A DNA stretch of 64,000 nucleotides, taken from positions 11,470,001 through 11,534,000 of the forward strand of contig JBHGNT010000011.1 in NCBI GenBank assembly GCA_043228905.1. The letters run 5' to 3'. A program made the translations under genes and the position numbers. The DNA comes from Azolla caroliniana (lineage: Eukaryota; Plantae; Polypodiophyta). The notes beneath the pieces are model-generated. The model was given only the letters and a program-made list of their open reading frames with translations, ran no database searches and was not told where the DNA came from. Shown piece after piece: positions 34,119 through 48,630 of the stretch (position 1 is its first letter; each line of letters opens with the position of its first letter).

Positions 34119-37100
34119 TAAAAACGATTACTTGCGGAAGCGTTAGAAAACAGAGAAGGCAGAGAATACACAGAGTACACGGGAGAGATAGGGAGAGCAG
34201 AACCTCAAGGCTATATTCAAAAATATATAAAACACTCTGTCGCTACAACTGTGCTCAGTACAACTATTTATACAAGTCCCCGTGGGACTGACACAAGTAC
34301 CTCGTACTTTAATGCTCACACGAGCTTCTGACACTTACTACGAGACTATAATTGCCTAGTAGTCTAAACTAATATTAGGCTTCCGGTTACCGATGGGATC
34401 TGACTATCCGGCTCCCCAGCTCACCGGCTTTGTTGCTTGCCGGCTCGGTTGCTCATGGCTTACCGATCCGTCTCGCTTGCCGGCTTAGGCTTATCTAGCC
34501 GATACGGCTCCAGTTGAGCTTGCCGCTCAACACTTCCCCTCAAGCTCAACTTGAGGTTGGATCCTAGTGTCAGCCTCTATGGAAGTCGGTTCTTCCAACT
34601 GACTTCTTCTGACATCGCTCCGCCTTGCTCGCGCTCCTCGTCCAGTCTGGTTCTGTTTGCCGCGACCCCTCTTGTTCTGCGCCCCTGGACCTTCTCGGTC
34701 GGTATGTCTGCTCAATAGCCCCTCTCAGCTCCTTCACTACTATCACTCCGGCGCTTATCGATCCGTTGGTTCCTCTACGATGGCATCGACTTTCGCTGCA
34801 TCCGTGTCTGCTTGGCCTTGAATTGATCTAGTTCTTCCGAATCTGTCTGTTGAACCGAATCGACTGTCTCCGATTCATTCTAGCTCTTGTCCGAATCAGT
34901 TGCTCCCGATTTGTCTTCTGGTTCCAAGCCCATTACCACATCGGACCATGTCCGGGTCTTGGCCTTCTTCCTTCAATCGGCTCTGTCCTTCTTGACTCTG
35001 CCGCCTTCTGTTCTTCCCTCAACGGCGCAATCGCCAGTCTCTTTGCCTTTGCCCGTTCCGGTGTCTTTGCCTATTCTCCCCCTCAAGTGTGGCACGTCGA
35101 GATGCTGAACACCAAGCATGTCGGTAAAGTGCTGCAACTTGTCCGATCCGAGCGGCTTGGTGAAGATGTCGGCAACTTGCCGATCCGTGTGAACATACCG
35201 TAGTTCAACTTCACCGCTCAGGACCCGCTCACGCACAAAGTGATAATGCACTTCTATGTGCTTCGTGCGAGCATGGAACACAAGGTTCTTGGCGAGCTGC
35301 ATGCTACTGATGTTATCACAATAAATCAGGATCCGGGTCGGTACCTCGATCCGCAAGTCTCGTAGCAGTTGCCGAAGCCAAATGGCTTCGCAGGTAGCAA
35401 CGGTCGCACCTCGGTACTCAGCCTCAGTGCTTGACAGAGCCACTGTTGGCTGCTTTTTGCTGCTCCACGCAACAGCTGCACTCCCAAGGGAAAACATAAA
35501 ACCAGAACTGGATCTGCAATCCGACGCATCGTCGGCCCAATCGGCATCTGTGTAACCGACTAGCTCAGCGGTTATACCTCGTCGGTATAACAGTCCTCGA
35601 TCCTTCGTGCTGCTTCCATATCGCAGTATCCACTGCGCGCACTGAAGGTGCTCCACGGTCGGCTTCTGCATGAACTGACTTATCATTCCGACCGGATAGC
35701 TGATGTCAAGTCGTGTGATAGTCAAGTAAATAAGGCTTCCGACAATTTGTCGGAACCGTTTCTCGTTGCAGGCCGGTTTGGAGTTGGGACGAAGCTTCTA
35801 GTTCCGGTCCAAGGGTGTGGAGACAGGTCGGCATTCTGTCATGCCGAACTTGTATAGCATATTCAAGACGTAATGTCATTGTGAGAGCAATATGTCGTCG
35901 GGGGTTCGAATCACCTCGATCCCAAGAAAATAATGAAGGTCCCCCAGGTCCTTCATCTCAAATGCGTTCGACAACTGGGACTTGACGCAGTTGACTTCTG
36001 GAAGACCCGGTCCGGTGATGACTAAATCATCAACATACAATAGGATACATACCAGACCATCTGAGCCTTGCCGGATGAACAACGAGGAGTCGGACTTGGA
36101 GACCGTAAATCCCATCTTACATAGTTGGTGTGTGATCTTCGCATCCAAGCTCGAGGGACCTCGCTCTTCCGCTCAATGAGGTAGATCCATGTGTGCCGCG
36201 TATAGTCGTCGATGAAGGAGAGAAATATCGACTCCCGCCAATGCTAACATTTTGTGCCAATCCCCACACACTCGAATGGATAAGGTCAAGATTGTTATGG
36301 CTCTGGTTACGTTCAGTGGGGAATGGAAGTCGGTGTTGCTTCCCGAGTTGGCAGGCTTCACATACTTGGGCCTTCTGGCTGTTGAACTTCAGCAAACCGA
36401 AAACAACTTTTTTCATTTGCAGGTCTTGAAGCCTCCGGTAATTGACGTGGCCTATCCGGTTGTGCCACAGGTCAATGTCTGATTCGACCTTCTGTCCTTG
36501 CCGGATCCGGATTTGTCCGAATCGGCGCGCTTTCTCCAGCATTCGCTTTCTCTGTGGCCCTTCTTGCCACAGTACTAGCATTCCGTGGCAAATTTGTCAT
36601 GCCGGCCTCCGACACCGCCTTGACTCCCCCTGCCTGTGGAAGTCCCGGAACTGCTGTTGGCACGTTCTCTGTGCCTTCGTTCTTGCTCTTGCCAGCCGTC
36701 TCCATTGCGTGCCGACCCGCCTCATCCACCACGCCCACAGGACCGATCCGCCTCCGTGTACAGCATCCGGCTATCAATGGGTGCGCTAGTTGACGCACCG
36801 GCGTGGTTCTCCTCTACAAGGAGCATCGACTGTAAGTTGAAAAATGACGACGTATTCTCCCTTGTACACACCGCCGTTCGGAATGCTCTGAACTTAGACA
36901 TTAGGCCCCCAAGACAGACCTGTACAATCTCGTCTTCCTCTACGGTAACGTTGATGGAGGCAAGCGAGTCACAGATCTCTTTGATCCGGGCCGTGTAATC
37001 CGCCACCGACATGTCCTTCTGTCTGACATTGCTTAACTCCTGTCGGAGTTGCAGCTTCCGGGTTGTAGTGCTCACGGCGAAAACCTTCTTCAGGTTACCC

Positions 37101-37860
37101 CAAGCCTCCTTCGGCATCTTGGCGTCTCGGATGTGACCCAGCAACTGGTCTCCAACACTGGACGCGAAGCAGTACATCACTCTGCTTGTCGATTGTTCCC
37201 ACACTGGGAAATCCTTATGTGCCGCATCATGTGTTGTTTCGTTGGCTCCTTCGACGAAACTCCAGTAGCCATGCCCAAGTAGGTACTGGTGCATCTTGTA
37301 CGACCAAGATGCGTAGTTGGATCTGTCGAGTTTCTCCACAAGGAGTGAGCCAGCCATGCCTCTATCCATCACTTCTCTGTCTATTGTTCTTACGACCTGT
37401 TAGGTTTTGCTTTCAAGCGTTTGTCGGTTGCAAAGGTTCTCAACCTTCGCGCTCTGATACCATGAAAACGATTACTTGCGTAAGCGTTAGAAAACAGAGA
37501 ACGCAGAGAATACACAGAGTACACGGGAGAGACAGAGAGAGCAGAACCTCAAGGCTAAATTCAAAAATATATAAAACACTCTATCGCTACAATTGTGCTC
37601 AGTACAACTATTTATACAAGTCCTCGTGGCACTGACACAAGTACCTCGTACTTTAATGCTCTCATGAGCTTCTGACACTTACTACGAGATTATAATTTCC
37701 TAGTAATCTAAACTAATACTAGGCTTCCGGTTACCGATTGGATCTGGCTAACCGGCTCCCCAGCTCACCGGCTCGGTTCCTCACGGCTTACCAATCCGTC
37801 TCGCTTGCCGGCTCAGGCTTATCCAGCTGATCCGGCTCCAGTTGAGCTTGCCGCTCAACA
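34119..37860 (-). mobile_element. Element M: internally deleted Ty1/copia (Ale-like)
   Basis: LTRs 34119-34532 and 37463-37860; TSD ACCCC; Met PBS 37451-37462; PPT at 34533. Contains gag, pre-integrase, RT C-half and RNase H; protease, IN core and RT N-half are missing. Confidence 0.93.
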
Positions 37861-40800
37861 ACCCCAAACGAAACAGATCTTAGTCGAGATGTCATATTTG
37901 ACGAGTTAGCTTCGTAGTACTTGCCTCCATCTCTAAACCCCCATCAACTCCATTCTGAATTCTAAAGATAAGGGCAATGAGGCTGATCCTCTAGTTGAGG
38001 AAAATATTGTTGAAAAACGAATCGTCAATCCACTAGAAAAGGAATTGTAAAGAATCGGGTATCATTCTTGTGTAGCAGAATAGGTGAGAGATGTGCATTA
38101 TGTTAGTGAGAGAGAGAGAGAGAGTGAGAGAGTGAGAGAGACAAGGAGTAAGACATAGAGAATACGCAAGGTTAAGTATATTAACAAAGGAGAAAGACTC
38201 AACATTATACAAGGTGGGAGGAGGGTGCTTTATATAGTCACCCTCTCCGTTCATTAACAACAAGGCTCATGGAGCACAGGGAATGTGGAAGCTCATAAGT
38301 TATGTGTCATAGAATATGATTCTATGACTCATACTAAATGCTAGAATACAAAGTGGTGACATAATGGTGACTCTTGACCGTTGGATTGTCTATTCACTCT
38401 CAAGGTGAGTTCACACACTAGACCAAGTTGAGCTTGATTCTCAACACGCCCCCTCAAGCTCAAGTCGGGTCGGTTTCACACAGTATCCGAAATCCGCTTC
38501 AACTCGCGATCCGGAGTCCGCGTTGACTCGCATCTATGCGGAGTTGCGGAATCCGTGCTCTAGCTTGTGTTGTCCATAATTCAGCTTGCGTCTTTCTTCT
38601 TTGCGCGGTAGATCGGCTCTTCGCAGCTTCGTTGCGCGGTTGCGGAATCCATGCGTTATAATCCACACGTTCTTGCGTTATAATCCCCCTCTAGATTGGC
38701 AGGTCAGGGATCGTGAATCCGAGATTGCTCATGAATTGCCATAGCTTGTCGGCTCCTAAGTCTTTAGTGAAGATGTCGACCATTTGAAGATTGGTGCTAA
38801 TGTGTTGTAGGTCGACATCGCCAACTAGAACACGCTCTCGGATGAAGTGATGAGACTCCCGATGAGTTGCCGATACTGAGTCGGCTCACACGCTTTGGTG
38901 CCGGAGGTCGCATCTAGTTTGAGATTGCGATTGAGCGAGGTTGCCGCGGATTTGCATTCAGCCATACCGAACTTGTATAACAAGTTGAGGATGTAGTGTC
39001 GTTGAGAGATCATGATTCTGGCCGGAGTCCGAATTACCTCGATGCCGAGGAAGTAGTGGAGCTCCTTCATGCCCGTCATCTCGAACTTGTTGGAAAGGGG
39101 GGATTTGATCTTATTGATTTCGACGAGATGCTCACCTCCAATAACTAGGTCATCCACATATAAGATGATGACGATCGGACTTGCGGAATCGCTTCGTATG
39201 TAGAGGGAGTTGTCCAATTTTGACATATGGAAGCCGATTAGATGAAGATATTGCGTTATCTTCGAATGCCAAGCACGCGGTGCTTGCTTGAGGCCGTAGA
39301 GTGGCTTCTTGAGTCGGCATACAGCTCTCGGATGGGTGCTCGAGTTGAAGCCGGGTGGTTATATCATGTACACCTCCTCTTCTAATTCGTCTTGTAGGAA
39401 GTTGTTCTTGACGTCCATTTGATGGAGATGCCACCCTTTTGCTGCGGCAAGAGCAATTATGGTCTATACCATAGTCATCTTTGCCACCGGGGCAAAGGTC
39501 TCTTTGTAGTCAACTCCGTGCATTTGGGCGTAGCCTTTCGCTATGAGACGCGCTTTGTAGCGGTTGATGGAACCGTCAACGTTGTACTTCACTTTGTAAA
39601 TCCATTTGCATCCGATCGCCTTTTTGTGTGGTGAGGTGGGAACGAGATCCCATGTCTTGTTCTTGCGGAGTGCCTGCATCTCCTCGTTCATGGCTTCGAT
39701 CCATCGCAGATCCTTGGCTGCTTCGAAAAATGTTTCTGGCTCGCGTAATGTCGCCACCTTCATCATAAAGGCATAATGATATGCCATGTAGTCATTGTAA
39801 CCGAATCGGCTGACCGGATTCTTTTCACGGGTGGAGCGACAGAGCTTTTCATTTGCAGAGATGAGGGCTCTTTTAGCTCCGATTGGTACATCAAAGCCGC
39901 CGAACTCATTGTCAAGTGAGTGAGTCGACTCATCGTCGTCGAAGCGATCATCTTCGTATTCCGACATTTTCGCCTTGCCTTTGTCCATCTTCGGGCTAGG
40001 CCGTGATGTGCTTTGATCGCTCAAAGGCTCTTGTGGTCCGCTCAGTCGGCTCGTGATCGGACTTTCTTCGAACATGCGCGTAAGGCAATCTTCATCTTCT
40101 ATCTCTTGTTCGGCTGATTTCGGGTCGAGCAGAGTCGGAGTCGAAGTTGTCTCTGGTGCGTACCAGGATGTGGACTCGTCAAACACAACATCTCGACTTA
40201 CTCGAGATTTTCGAGTTGAGGGGTTGTAGCACTTGTACCCCTTTTACTCCAGTGAGTATCCTACGAGGATACATTTCTCCGACTTCGGGTCAAGCTTTTG
40301 ACGCTTCTCATCGGGGATGTGCACGTACGCTATCGCACCGAATATCCGGGTGTGCGATAAGTCCGGCTTCTTTCAGAAGTATTTTTCATGCTGAGTGACC
40401 TCGTGCACTCCGGATGTTGTGCACCGGTTCATTAGGTAGATGACTGTATTTGCAGTTTCGGCCCAATATGACTTGGGCATATGCTTCTCGTTCATCATGG
40501 CCTACGCTACTTCGAGGATGTGCCGATTTTTTCTCTCGACTACGCCGTTCTATTACAGAGTGTGTCGGCAAGTGAATTCTTGCCGAATTCCTTCCTTTCA
40601 GAGATATGCCATGAAATCGTCTGAGAAGTACTCCTTGCCGCCATCTGATCGAAGGCATCCTACATGACGACCAATGGCTTTTTCCACTTTGTTTTTAAAC
40701 CTTTGGAAGTGTCCGAACACTTCGCTCTTTTGCCGCATCGGATAGAGCCATGTGTGCCTGGAGAAGTCTTCGATGAAGAGCACATAATATTGACTTCCGC

Positions 40801-41607
40801 CGAATGTAGCCGTCTGCACCGGTCCCCATACATCGGAATGGACTACGTCGAGTAGACCTTTGCTCACGTTCCACTCTTTCGGGAATAGGTGTCGATGTTG
40901 CTTGCTGAATTGGCACGCTTCGCATACACCTTCAATCTCCTTCTCTTTGAATGTCAGGAGTCCGATGACAACTCCTTTCGATTTCATTGCTTTGAGTTTG
41001 TTGAGATTGATGTGGCCGATTCGCTTGTGCCATAGCTCTATGTCGGAGTCGGCTTTCGTGCTTTTTGCGAACATGGCGGATTTCATCTTATGTGAATCGA
41101 GAATGAACATCCGGCCCTCTCTTCTTCCGCACAATGATTCAGCCCTCTTTTTCGATGAAGCACCCTTGTTGGTCAAATCGTACGTACTTCCATCCCTTGC
41201 TCAACCATTTGGCCGACCGAGACCAAATTCTTCGTGATGGTGGGAATATGCAATACATTTTTAATGTATGTTTGCTTACCTCTTTCACCGAACGGAACAT
41301 TGCCGATGTGCCGAATTGGGTGCGTAGTGTCATCTCCGGTTTCGACATGGTCGCTCTAGCTCTCGAAGTTCAAGAAACCATTCTTTATGAGATGTCATAT
41401 GGTTTGAGGCTCTGGAGTCAACAAACCATAGGTCCTCCGGATTGAGGGCACTAGTTGAGGTAGAGGCCGACATAGAGTTTGCTCTATGTTTCATCATGAA
41501 CATTCCGCCACGGTCGGAGTTGTGTGCATGCATTCCGCCACGATCTTCGTAGTCAGAGTTGTGCCCGTACATTTCGCTATACTCTTCGTAGTCGGAATTG
41601 TGCACGT

Positions 41608-44600
41608 TGTCGCGAAGTTTCGCGTTCGCGTCTAAGAAGAGGCAGGACCATGGGGGTCTTGGACCAAGGAGAAAGTGAGAGAGAGAGAGTTGCAAAAACA
41701 CAGAAAGAAAATAAGAGCAAGAAACAGGAATACGATTACTATAATCAGTAGTTTACAGCTCGAACAGTTACAACCGGCAAACCGGTAATGGACCTGACAC
41801 GGGTCCTACTCACGCACACAAACGACAACCACTCGACTCAAAGAAACAAAAAGGGGGGAAGGGGGGGAGGAGAGCCTCTGCTGGAAGCACACGGGCTGTC
41901 CACGAAGCAAAGGCAGCGAACTCTCGACACCCACAGTGAACGACGATCGGAGGAGAGAGAGCTCGGCCCTCGGTTCTGCAACAGCACTTCGTCCTCGCCA
42001 ACGCGCGATCCCTTTTCTTCCTTCTCTCCCTCCTTAAATAGTTCGCAAAAGGGAGACCCTTCTTCCCTAGTCCAATCGCTTTATTCCATGTCCCTTTCGA
42101 AAGAGATACGTCCAAATCCCCTAATAGATGCGTACTACCTAGTATTTACATCAGCCGACCTAATTATGAATTATGTACAAAATATCAATTCTCGCGTCCA
42201 CCCATGTAAGAGCCGGTTCATGCCCCTTTTTCTCCGATTCCGCCTATGGCCGGTTTTCTTCACGACATCCACCCCCACCAAACCGTGCATCCACTGGCAT
42301 GCGCCAGAGACGGGTAGATACCGAAGAAAACCGGCTTCACTCATCGCTCTCTGATTCTTCGCTGGGCCCGAACCGATCTTCGTCGTCGCTCTCGCTCGCC
42401 GGCTCTGGCTCGCCTTCGAACCGCTTCTTGAACGCTTTGATCCGCTTCCCGGCCACCGGTACGGCTAACCGTATCCCGTCGAGTTCCGCGAGGTGGTACG
42501 TGCCGTTGTCGTTCGCGCTCGTCACCGCGTAGGGCCCGAACTATCTCCTAGCAAACTTTCGCACCGCCTTGTGCTGATTGTCGAGGCTGCTATCATACAC
42601 CAAGACCCAGTCACCTTCCTCGAACTTCTTTGGTCGTAACCGGTGCGTTCGGTTGAACCGGGTGTTGTTCCGCTCCCTTGCCGCCCGCAGCTTTTCCTTC
42701 GCCCGTTTCATGTCCTCCGGCCTCCGCTCGAGTTGCCGAATCCGCGTTGCCAGCAACTCCTCCTGGCTCATCTCGTCCTTCCAATCTACCGCTGCCCACG
42801 AAGAAATCGTCCATTCCACCATCATGATCGGCTTTTGTCCATACATCAGCTCTGCCCGCATCAACCCTGTCACCGAACTGTGCATAGTTCAGCCTGCCCA
42901 TAGTGCGTAAGGAAGGAGCCGCGGCCAATTCCCGACCTACCCTCCGTATGCACGCACCAACGCCTTTACGATCGGCCCGTGCCCATGTTCTACCTTCCCG
43001 TTCGCCTCCGGATTATACGCCGTAGTGAGGGAGAGTTTGACCCCTAGCCGGTCGAACAACTCCTCAGCTTCTTGCGCATCCAGCTCTCCCCGGTTTGCCA
43101 CGATCCTCCCGACACACCCGTACCGACACACTACCTCTTCGATCAGGAACCGGCATACCGTCACGGTTGTCTTGTTCTGTAGTGCACGGCCTTCCACCTG
43201 GTTCGTTAAGTCTTCCAGCGCAAGCACCAGGTATCACATCTGTCCTACTCCCATCGGCATCGTCACCAAGTCCACCATCCACTTGAAATGGACCATAGCG
43301 GGTAGGTCGGCTGTAGCTCGTCCTGATGTCGGACTACGGAGTGCATCTGACAGCTTTCGCAAGTCGTTACGAACCGATGTGCGTCCCGGTATAGCCTCGG
43401 CCACCAGTACTTCTCCTTCAGCTTCTCGAATGTGGCCCACGTTCCGCGATGCCCGGCCCAGGGACTCTAGCGAAATGCCGCCAGTAATTCCTCCTGTTCT
43501 TCTTTCTTTGCCACTACTCGGAGCGGGATGCCGTTTCTTTTCTTTGGGTGCCTCCATATGCACCCGTCCCGTAGGAAGAATCGGTACGCCTTCTTCCGTA
43601 CCCGGCTCGCCTCTTCTCTCGTCCACGTTGCGTCCGGCGTCATCGCCCGTAGGAACCTCCCGATTTGGAGCCACTCCCCATCGTACCTGCTTTCGTCGAA
43701 TTCGTTAAGAGCCGAAGTGTCCCCTTCCCTCGTCGTCACGTTAGCCGACCCGAAGAAGTCCTCGCCGACTTCTTTGTCATCCGAAACCATGTCGTCTTCG
43801 TCATTGAACCTCGCTCTCAAAAGCATGTCGGCCATGGCGTTATCCTTTCCGAAGATGTGCCGTATCTCTGGGTTAAGGGACTTAATGTACGTTATCTATC
43901 GGAGCATTGCTAGGTCCGGCGTCGCGCATCAGGAAACCATGCCGAGTATCGGCAGGTAGTCCGTCTCGATTATTACCTCCGTCCCGATCAAGTAGTCCCT
44001 GTTGGCCTTGACTGCCGAAACGATACCCCATAGTTCACGCTTGACTTGGGCGTATCCTCGCTGCTGCTCGCTCAATACCTTCGCCCCGAACCGGATCGGG
44101 AACCGTACGCCGTCCTCGTCCTCCTGGTTGATCACCCACCCGATCCCTATCGAGCTCGTGTCCACCGTCACGTAGATGGGGACTCCCTTGCCGTAAACCG
44201 CTTTACGGAGAGCTGGCGCTACCGTAAGCGCCTCCTTTAGTCTCCGGATCGACTCCGTGTGCTCCGTCCTCCACTCAAAGCTACGCCCCCCTTTCAATAG
44301 TCCGTAGAGGGGTTTCGCGACATGTGCGTCCTCCATATGTGGTAGAATGCGCATGCACCCAAGAATCTGCAGACCTCCGTAACCGACCCGCAATCGTTCC
44401 TCATCGCGGAGATGGCCTCTACCTTTGCCGGAGACGGTTTCCTACTGTAAGGCCCGCACAGGTGTCCGACCACCAAGATCTCTAACTGCCCAAACGCCGA
44501 TTTTTCTCCGGAGAAGGTGAGTCGTGCGCTCTCGAGCCTCTACATCACCTTCTCGCAGTCGTTGATGTGGTTCATGACGAACCTCCGGTATCCGTTTGGC

Positions 44601-47600
44601 CCGACAGTCTCGTCTGCATCTTCCACCAGACACCCCTTTATCGGGATGTCGTCCAAGAATGGCATGGTGATGTCCTGGATGCAATCACTCAGCACCTTGT
44701 TCATTGCGTTCACCATATGCGTCACCAAATTCGTCCCGCCTTGTCGTAGGGTACACATCCGTACTAGGCCGAGAGGAGTTCGCATCGTCATGATATCCAT
44801 GCTCTCCATGGCTAGCTAGAACTGGTCGTACCCCGAGTATAAGTCACTGACCGAATAAATCAACCTTCCAGCGAAGGCCTCCGCAAACTCGTCTATGGTC
44901 GGTCCGATTCTTGCATTACGGATGGTCACCTTGTTGACCGGCTGCAGGTCCTAAATGAAGCGCAGCGTGCCGTTCTTCTTCGGCACCGTAAACCACCGAT
45001 TCGAATATGGGGCACTCGACGGTTCGAGGATGCCCATCTCCACCTTTTTCTTCAAAAGCTCCATCAACTTCGGGATGTGAGCTCTCGGCACCGGAATCGG
45101 TTTGAGATTCCACAGTACATGCGGTACCGTGAAGATCACCATCGGTTCAACGACCGTCGGGTCCACGCACCCGATCTCCTCCGGTGAGAACATGAAGGCT
45201 TTCCCATGCCTTCCAAGCATTCTCCGAAACCTGTCCTCCTTCGCCGGCAGTAGAAAGCCACCCTCGCCGATCTTGAGCTCCCGTAGCATTATGTTGGTGA
45301 ACCGGTGCCCTATGCCAGCCGGATTCCGTAAACTTGGGTCCGACACGGCCCCTTTTATCCGCTCCTCGTTGCCCTCCGGCAAGGGTGCCGCGACTGGCCT
45401 CACCTTCCGGTCCACAGTCTTGTACTTTGTGTCCACGCGGGCCGTCTGATCTGACCCGATCCTTTCCCCGAAGTCCGCGATGACTTCATACATTCCCATC
45501 GAACCAACCGGAATGGTCCGGTCTTCTCTAAGGTCTTCACTGATCACCTTTCGCAACTCACCCAAGGTGTCATCAAAAGAGACTGCCTCCACGGCGCCGC
45601 TGATTTCTTCATCGGGGGAGAGGACTCCACATCCCCTGAGCCGCTCCTCCGCTCGTTTCCTCTCCCAGCCGTTGACGCCGGCTATAGTACAACCTCCGTT
45701 TTCGGAGAACCAAAACTTCCTACTTACTATACATGTGTGGGGTTCTTCCGGTACGTCTGGACTACCGCGGCCCCACACCTTGATAGCCCTCCCTAAAAAT
45801 CCCCTCGGTTGTCGCCACCGAGGGTCTCGCGATTCCTCTCATGGTTCAGACGTACGGTCATGAATTGGACGGAATGCCGACCGTCTTGGTTCTTGACACG
45901 CGCGTACGCTGAACCGTTGTCCAACACCTTCGTCTCCATGCGTGCTGCCGTAATGTACGGTGCGCCGAGAATCATCGGGTGCGAGGATGTTTCTTGCACG
46001 AAGAAATGTTGATCTATCTCGACATCACCGATCTTTACGCGTACATTTGGGCACGCACCATGCAACTCCTCCGTAGCACGCGTCGTTGCGGGTATCTTCC
46101 ACCCATGCTTGGTGTTGATCGGCCATTTACCCTTCTTGTAGAAATCCATGGACATCAGGTTGATTTCGGATCCATGGTCTACCAAGGCCACCACAGGTTC
46201 CGGAACATCGGCGATCCGCACAAGGTTTTCCGTAGTTGCCCTGGCCCAATGCGGCTTCCCGTAGTGGCTTTCCGCCAACTCGTCTTCTAGGCCCATGTCT
46301 TCTAAGTACATAGTCCGCACCTCCATCGGCTTCTCCGGTTCCGGCTCCGTCAAGAGCCTCTTCCGCTTCACCAAGTCTACGATGGAGTCGTGGAACTCCC
46401 TCTTGGCGATTCCCAACACCTCCCGCAACGACAGCTCCACTTTACTGTCAAGGATCCGCTCTTCAAGAACCTTCCGTAGGTTCGTTGCTCTCTCGATTTC
46501 GGTGCTCAACCGAAACCCCACCTACTTCTTCCCATCCAGCGCGCCTGGGTTGCCGGCATCGGTTGGTTTCGGTCCGAACCGGGTCTCGTACCTTTGTAGG
46601 GGACCGACCCCTCCGGCCTTTCCTGCCCATTTGTCTTCCACCAAAACCTTGTAGTTCTGGCAAGCGGCTTCTACAAAGCCCGTCTTCTCTTCAACCGGAT
46701 CGTCCCATCCGGTGACCTCCTGGACCCGCTATTCAGCGCGGTCCGCCTCTTCCTTCTTCAGCCAAACTCTGGAGAGGCCTTCTAGCACTAGCGGCCAGAA
46801 TCCGGAGTCCTTCGCCTTCCGGGTCTCGTCACCCCCGACCCGAATTCCCGCCGACGTTGAGTAGTTAACGGCTTCTTCATGTCGTGCGCGGCCTCTTCCA
46901 TCAACCTCTTCATTCCACCGCGCCCCGTATTCAGTTCTAGGGCTCTCCAGGTCTCGCCCGCGTGCACCCACCCGTTCCAGAGGTACACCACGTTGGTCCT
47001 GAGTGCGTCGGCGAAATCCGCGCAATCCTTCCGAATGTGACCGATCGCGTCACACCACATGCACCGCTGCCCAGCCGACGGCCTCCGGTCGCGAGGTTGT
47101 TCGCTGTTGTCTCTCCAGGCCTGTGCGATCTGCAGGTCGCGCACCATCTGTGTCAGCTCCTCTAGAGCCGCTCCTCCGGATGGGCCTTTGACCACATCGT
47201 TCAATGCCGACCCCGACTCCAGCCAAATTCGGGTCTCTTCCTTCCTACCGGTTGGCACCGATACCGGCTCCTCGAGCCTCCTCGCCGGGACTGGTCCTGA
47301 CTCCGACGAGCTTTCATCGCTCCACTCGTGCCGTTTGTCAAAACGGCTACAGACCCATTTTACCACGGCCCAATCTGCCGTGAGCCCTTCGTCTGTCTCC
47401 AATAAGGGACCCACCTTTTCCCTGTCGAGCGCGTCCACCAACTTGACAAACATTAGTACTCGACTCATTTCGAGCACGGTCCGGTCCAGCGTCGACAGCC
47501 GCGTGAATCGTTTCTCGAACTCCTGGAGGAGCGCCAACATGTTCCGCCCTTTTCCGGGGCTTTCCACCCACACCATGAAGTCCCGTGTCGACAGCCGAAA

Positions 47601-48630
47601 AGAGTCATCAAACCCGTACTTCTCGAGGAGCTGCAGCTCGAACTCCTCCCAAGTCTGGCATCCGACTAGCACCTTGAGCACCTCCGCGTGGATGCTCGGC
47701 GTCACCACCCGAGGGAATACGGACAGCCGCCTGTCCACCGGGATATCCCTCATGATCATTTCGGCCCGGTAAGCCTCCAAATAACTCGTGGGATTCTTCC
47801 TACCGAATCGGCCTATGCTGCCGACAATCGATTCAATGGCTCTGTCGAGGGTACCCGTCCCCTCACGAACGCTCACTAGTCGGTCGACGGCTACCGCCAT
47901 TGCCTCTGCTAGCTCCGATCCCCTCATCTTCCGACTCCTTTGTCGCCTGTTCACGTCGGGTTCACCAATTATGTCGCAAAGTTTCGCGTTTGCGTGTAAG
48001 AAGAGGCGGGACCACGGGGGTCTTGGACCAAGGAGAAAGAGAGTGAGAGAGAGAGAGAGTTGCAGAAACATAGAAAGAAAATAAGAGCAAGAAACAAGAA
48101 TCTGATTACTATAATCAGTAGCTTACAGCTCGAATAGTTACAACCGGCAAACCGGTAATGGACCTGACACGGGTCCTACTCATGCACACAGATGACAGCT
48201 ACTCAACAGAAACAAAAGGGGGGGGGGGGGGGGAGAGCCTCTGCTGGAAGCACACGGGCTGTCCACGAAGCAAAGACAGCGAACTCCCGACACCCACAGA
48301 GAACGACAATCAGAGGAGAGAGAGCTCGGCCCTTGGTTCTGCAGCAGCACTTCGTCCTCGCCAACACGCAATCCCTTTTCTTCCTTCTCTCCCTCCTTAA
48401 ATAGTTCGCAAAAGGATGACCCTTCTTCCCTAGTCCAATTGCTTTATTCCCTGTCCCTTTCGACAGAGATACGCACAAATTCCCTAATAGATGCGTACTA
48501 CCTAGTATTTACATCAGCCGACCTAATTATGAATTATGTACAAAATATCAATTCTCGCGTCCACCCATGTAATAGCCGGTTCATGCCCCTTTTTCTCTGA
48601 TTCCGCCTATGGCCGGTTTTCTTCATGATA
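41608..48630 (-). mobile_element. Element H: full-length degenerate Ty3/gypsy of the same lineage as E (different LTR family)
   Basis: LTRs 41608-42267 and 47972-48630; PBS 47950-47967; PPT GGTGGGGGTGGA at 42268; gag-PR 47927-45793; pol 45802-42337; flanks ACGT/GCGT. Confidence 0.95.
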
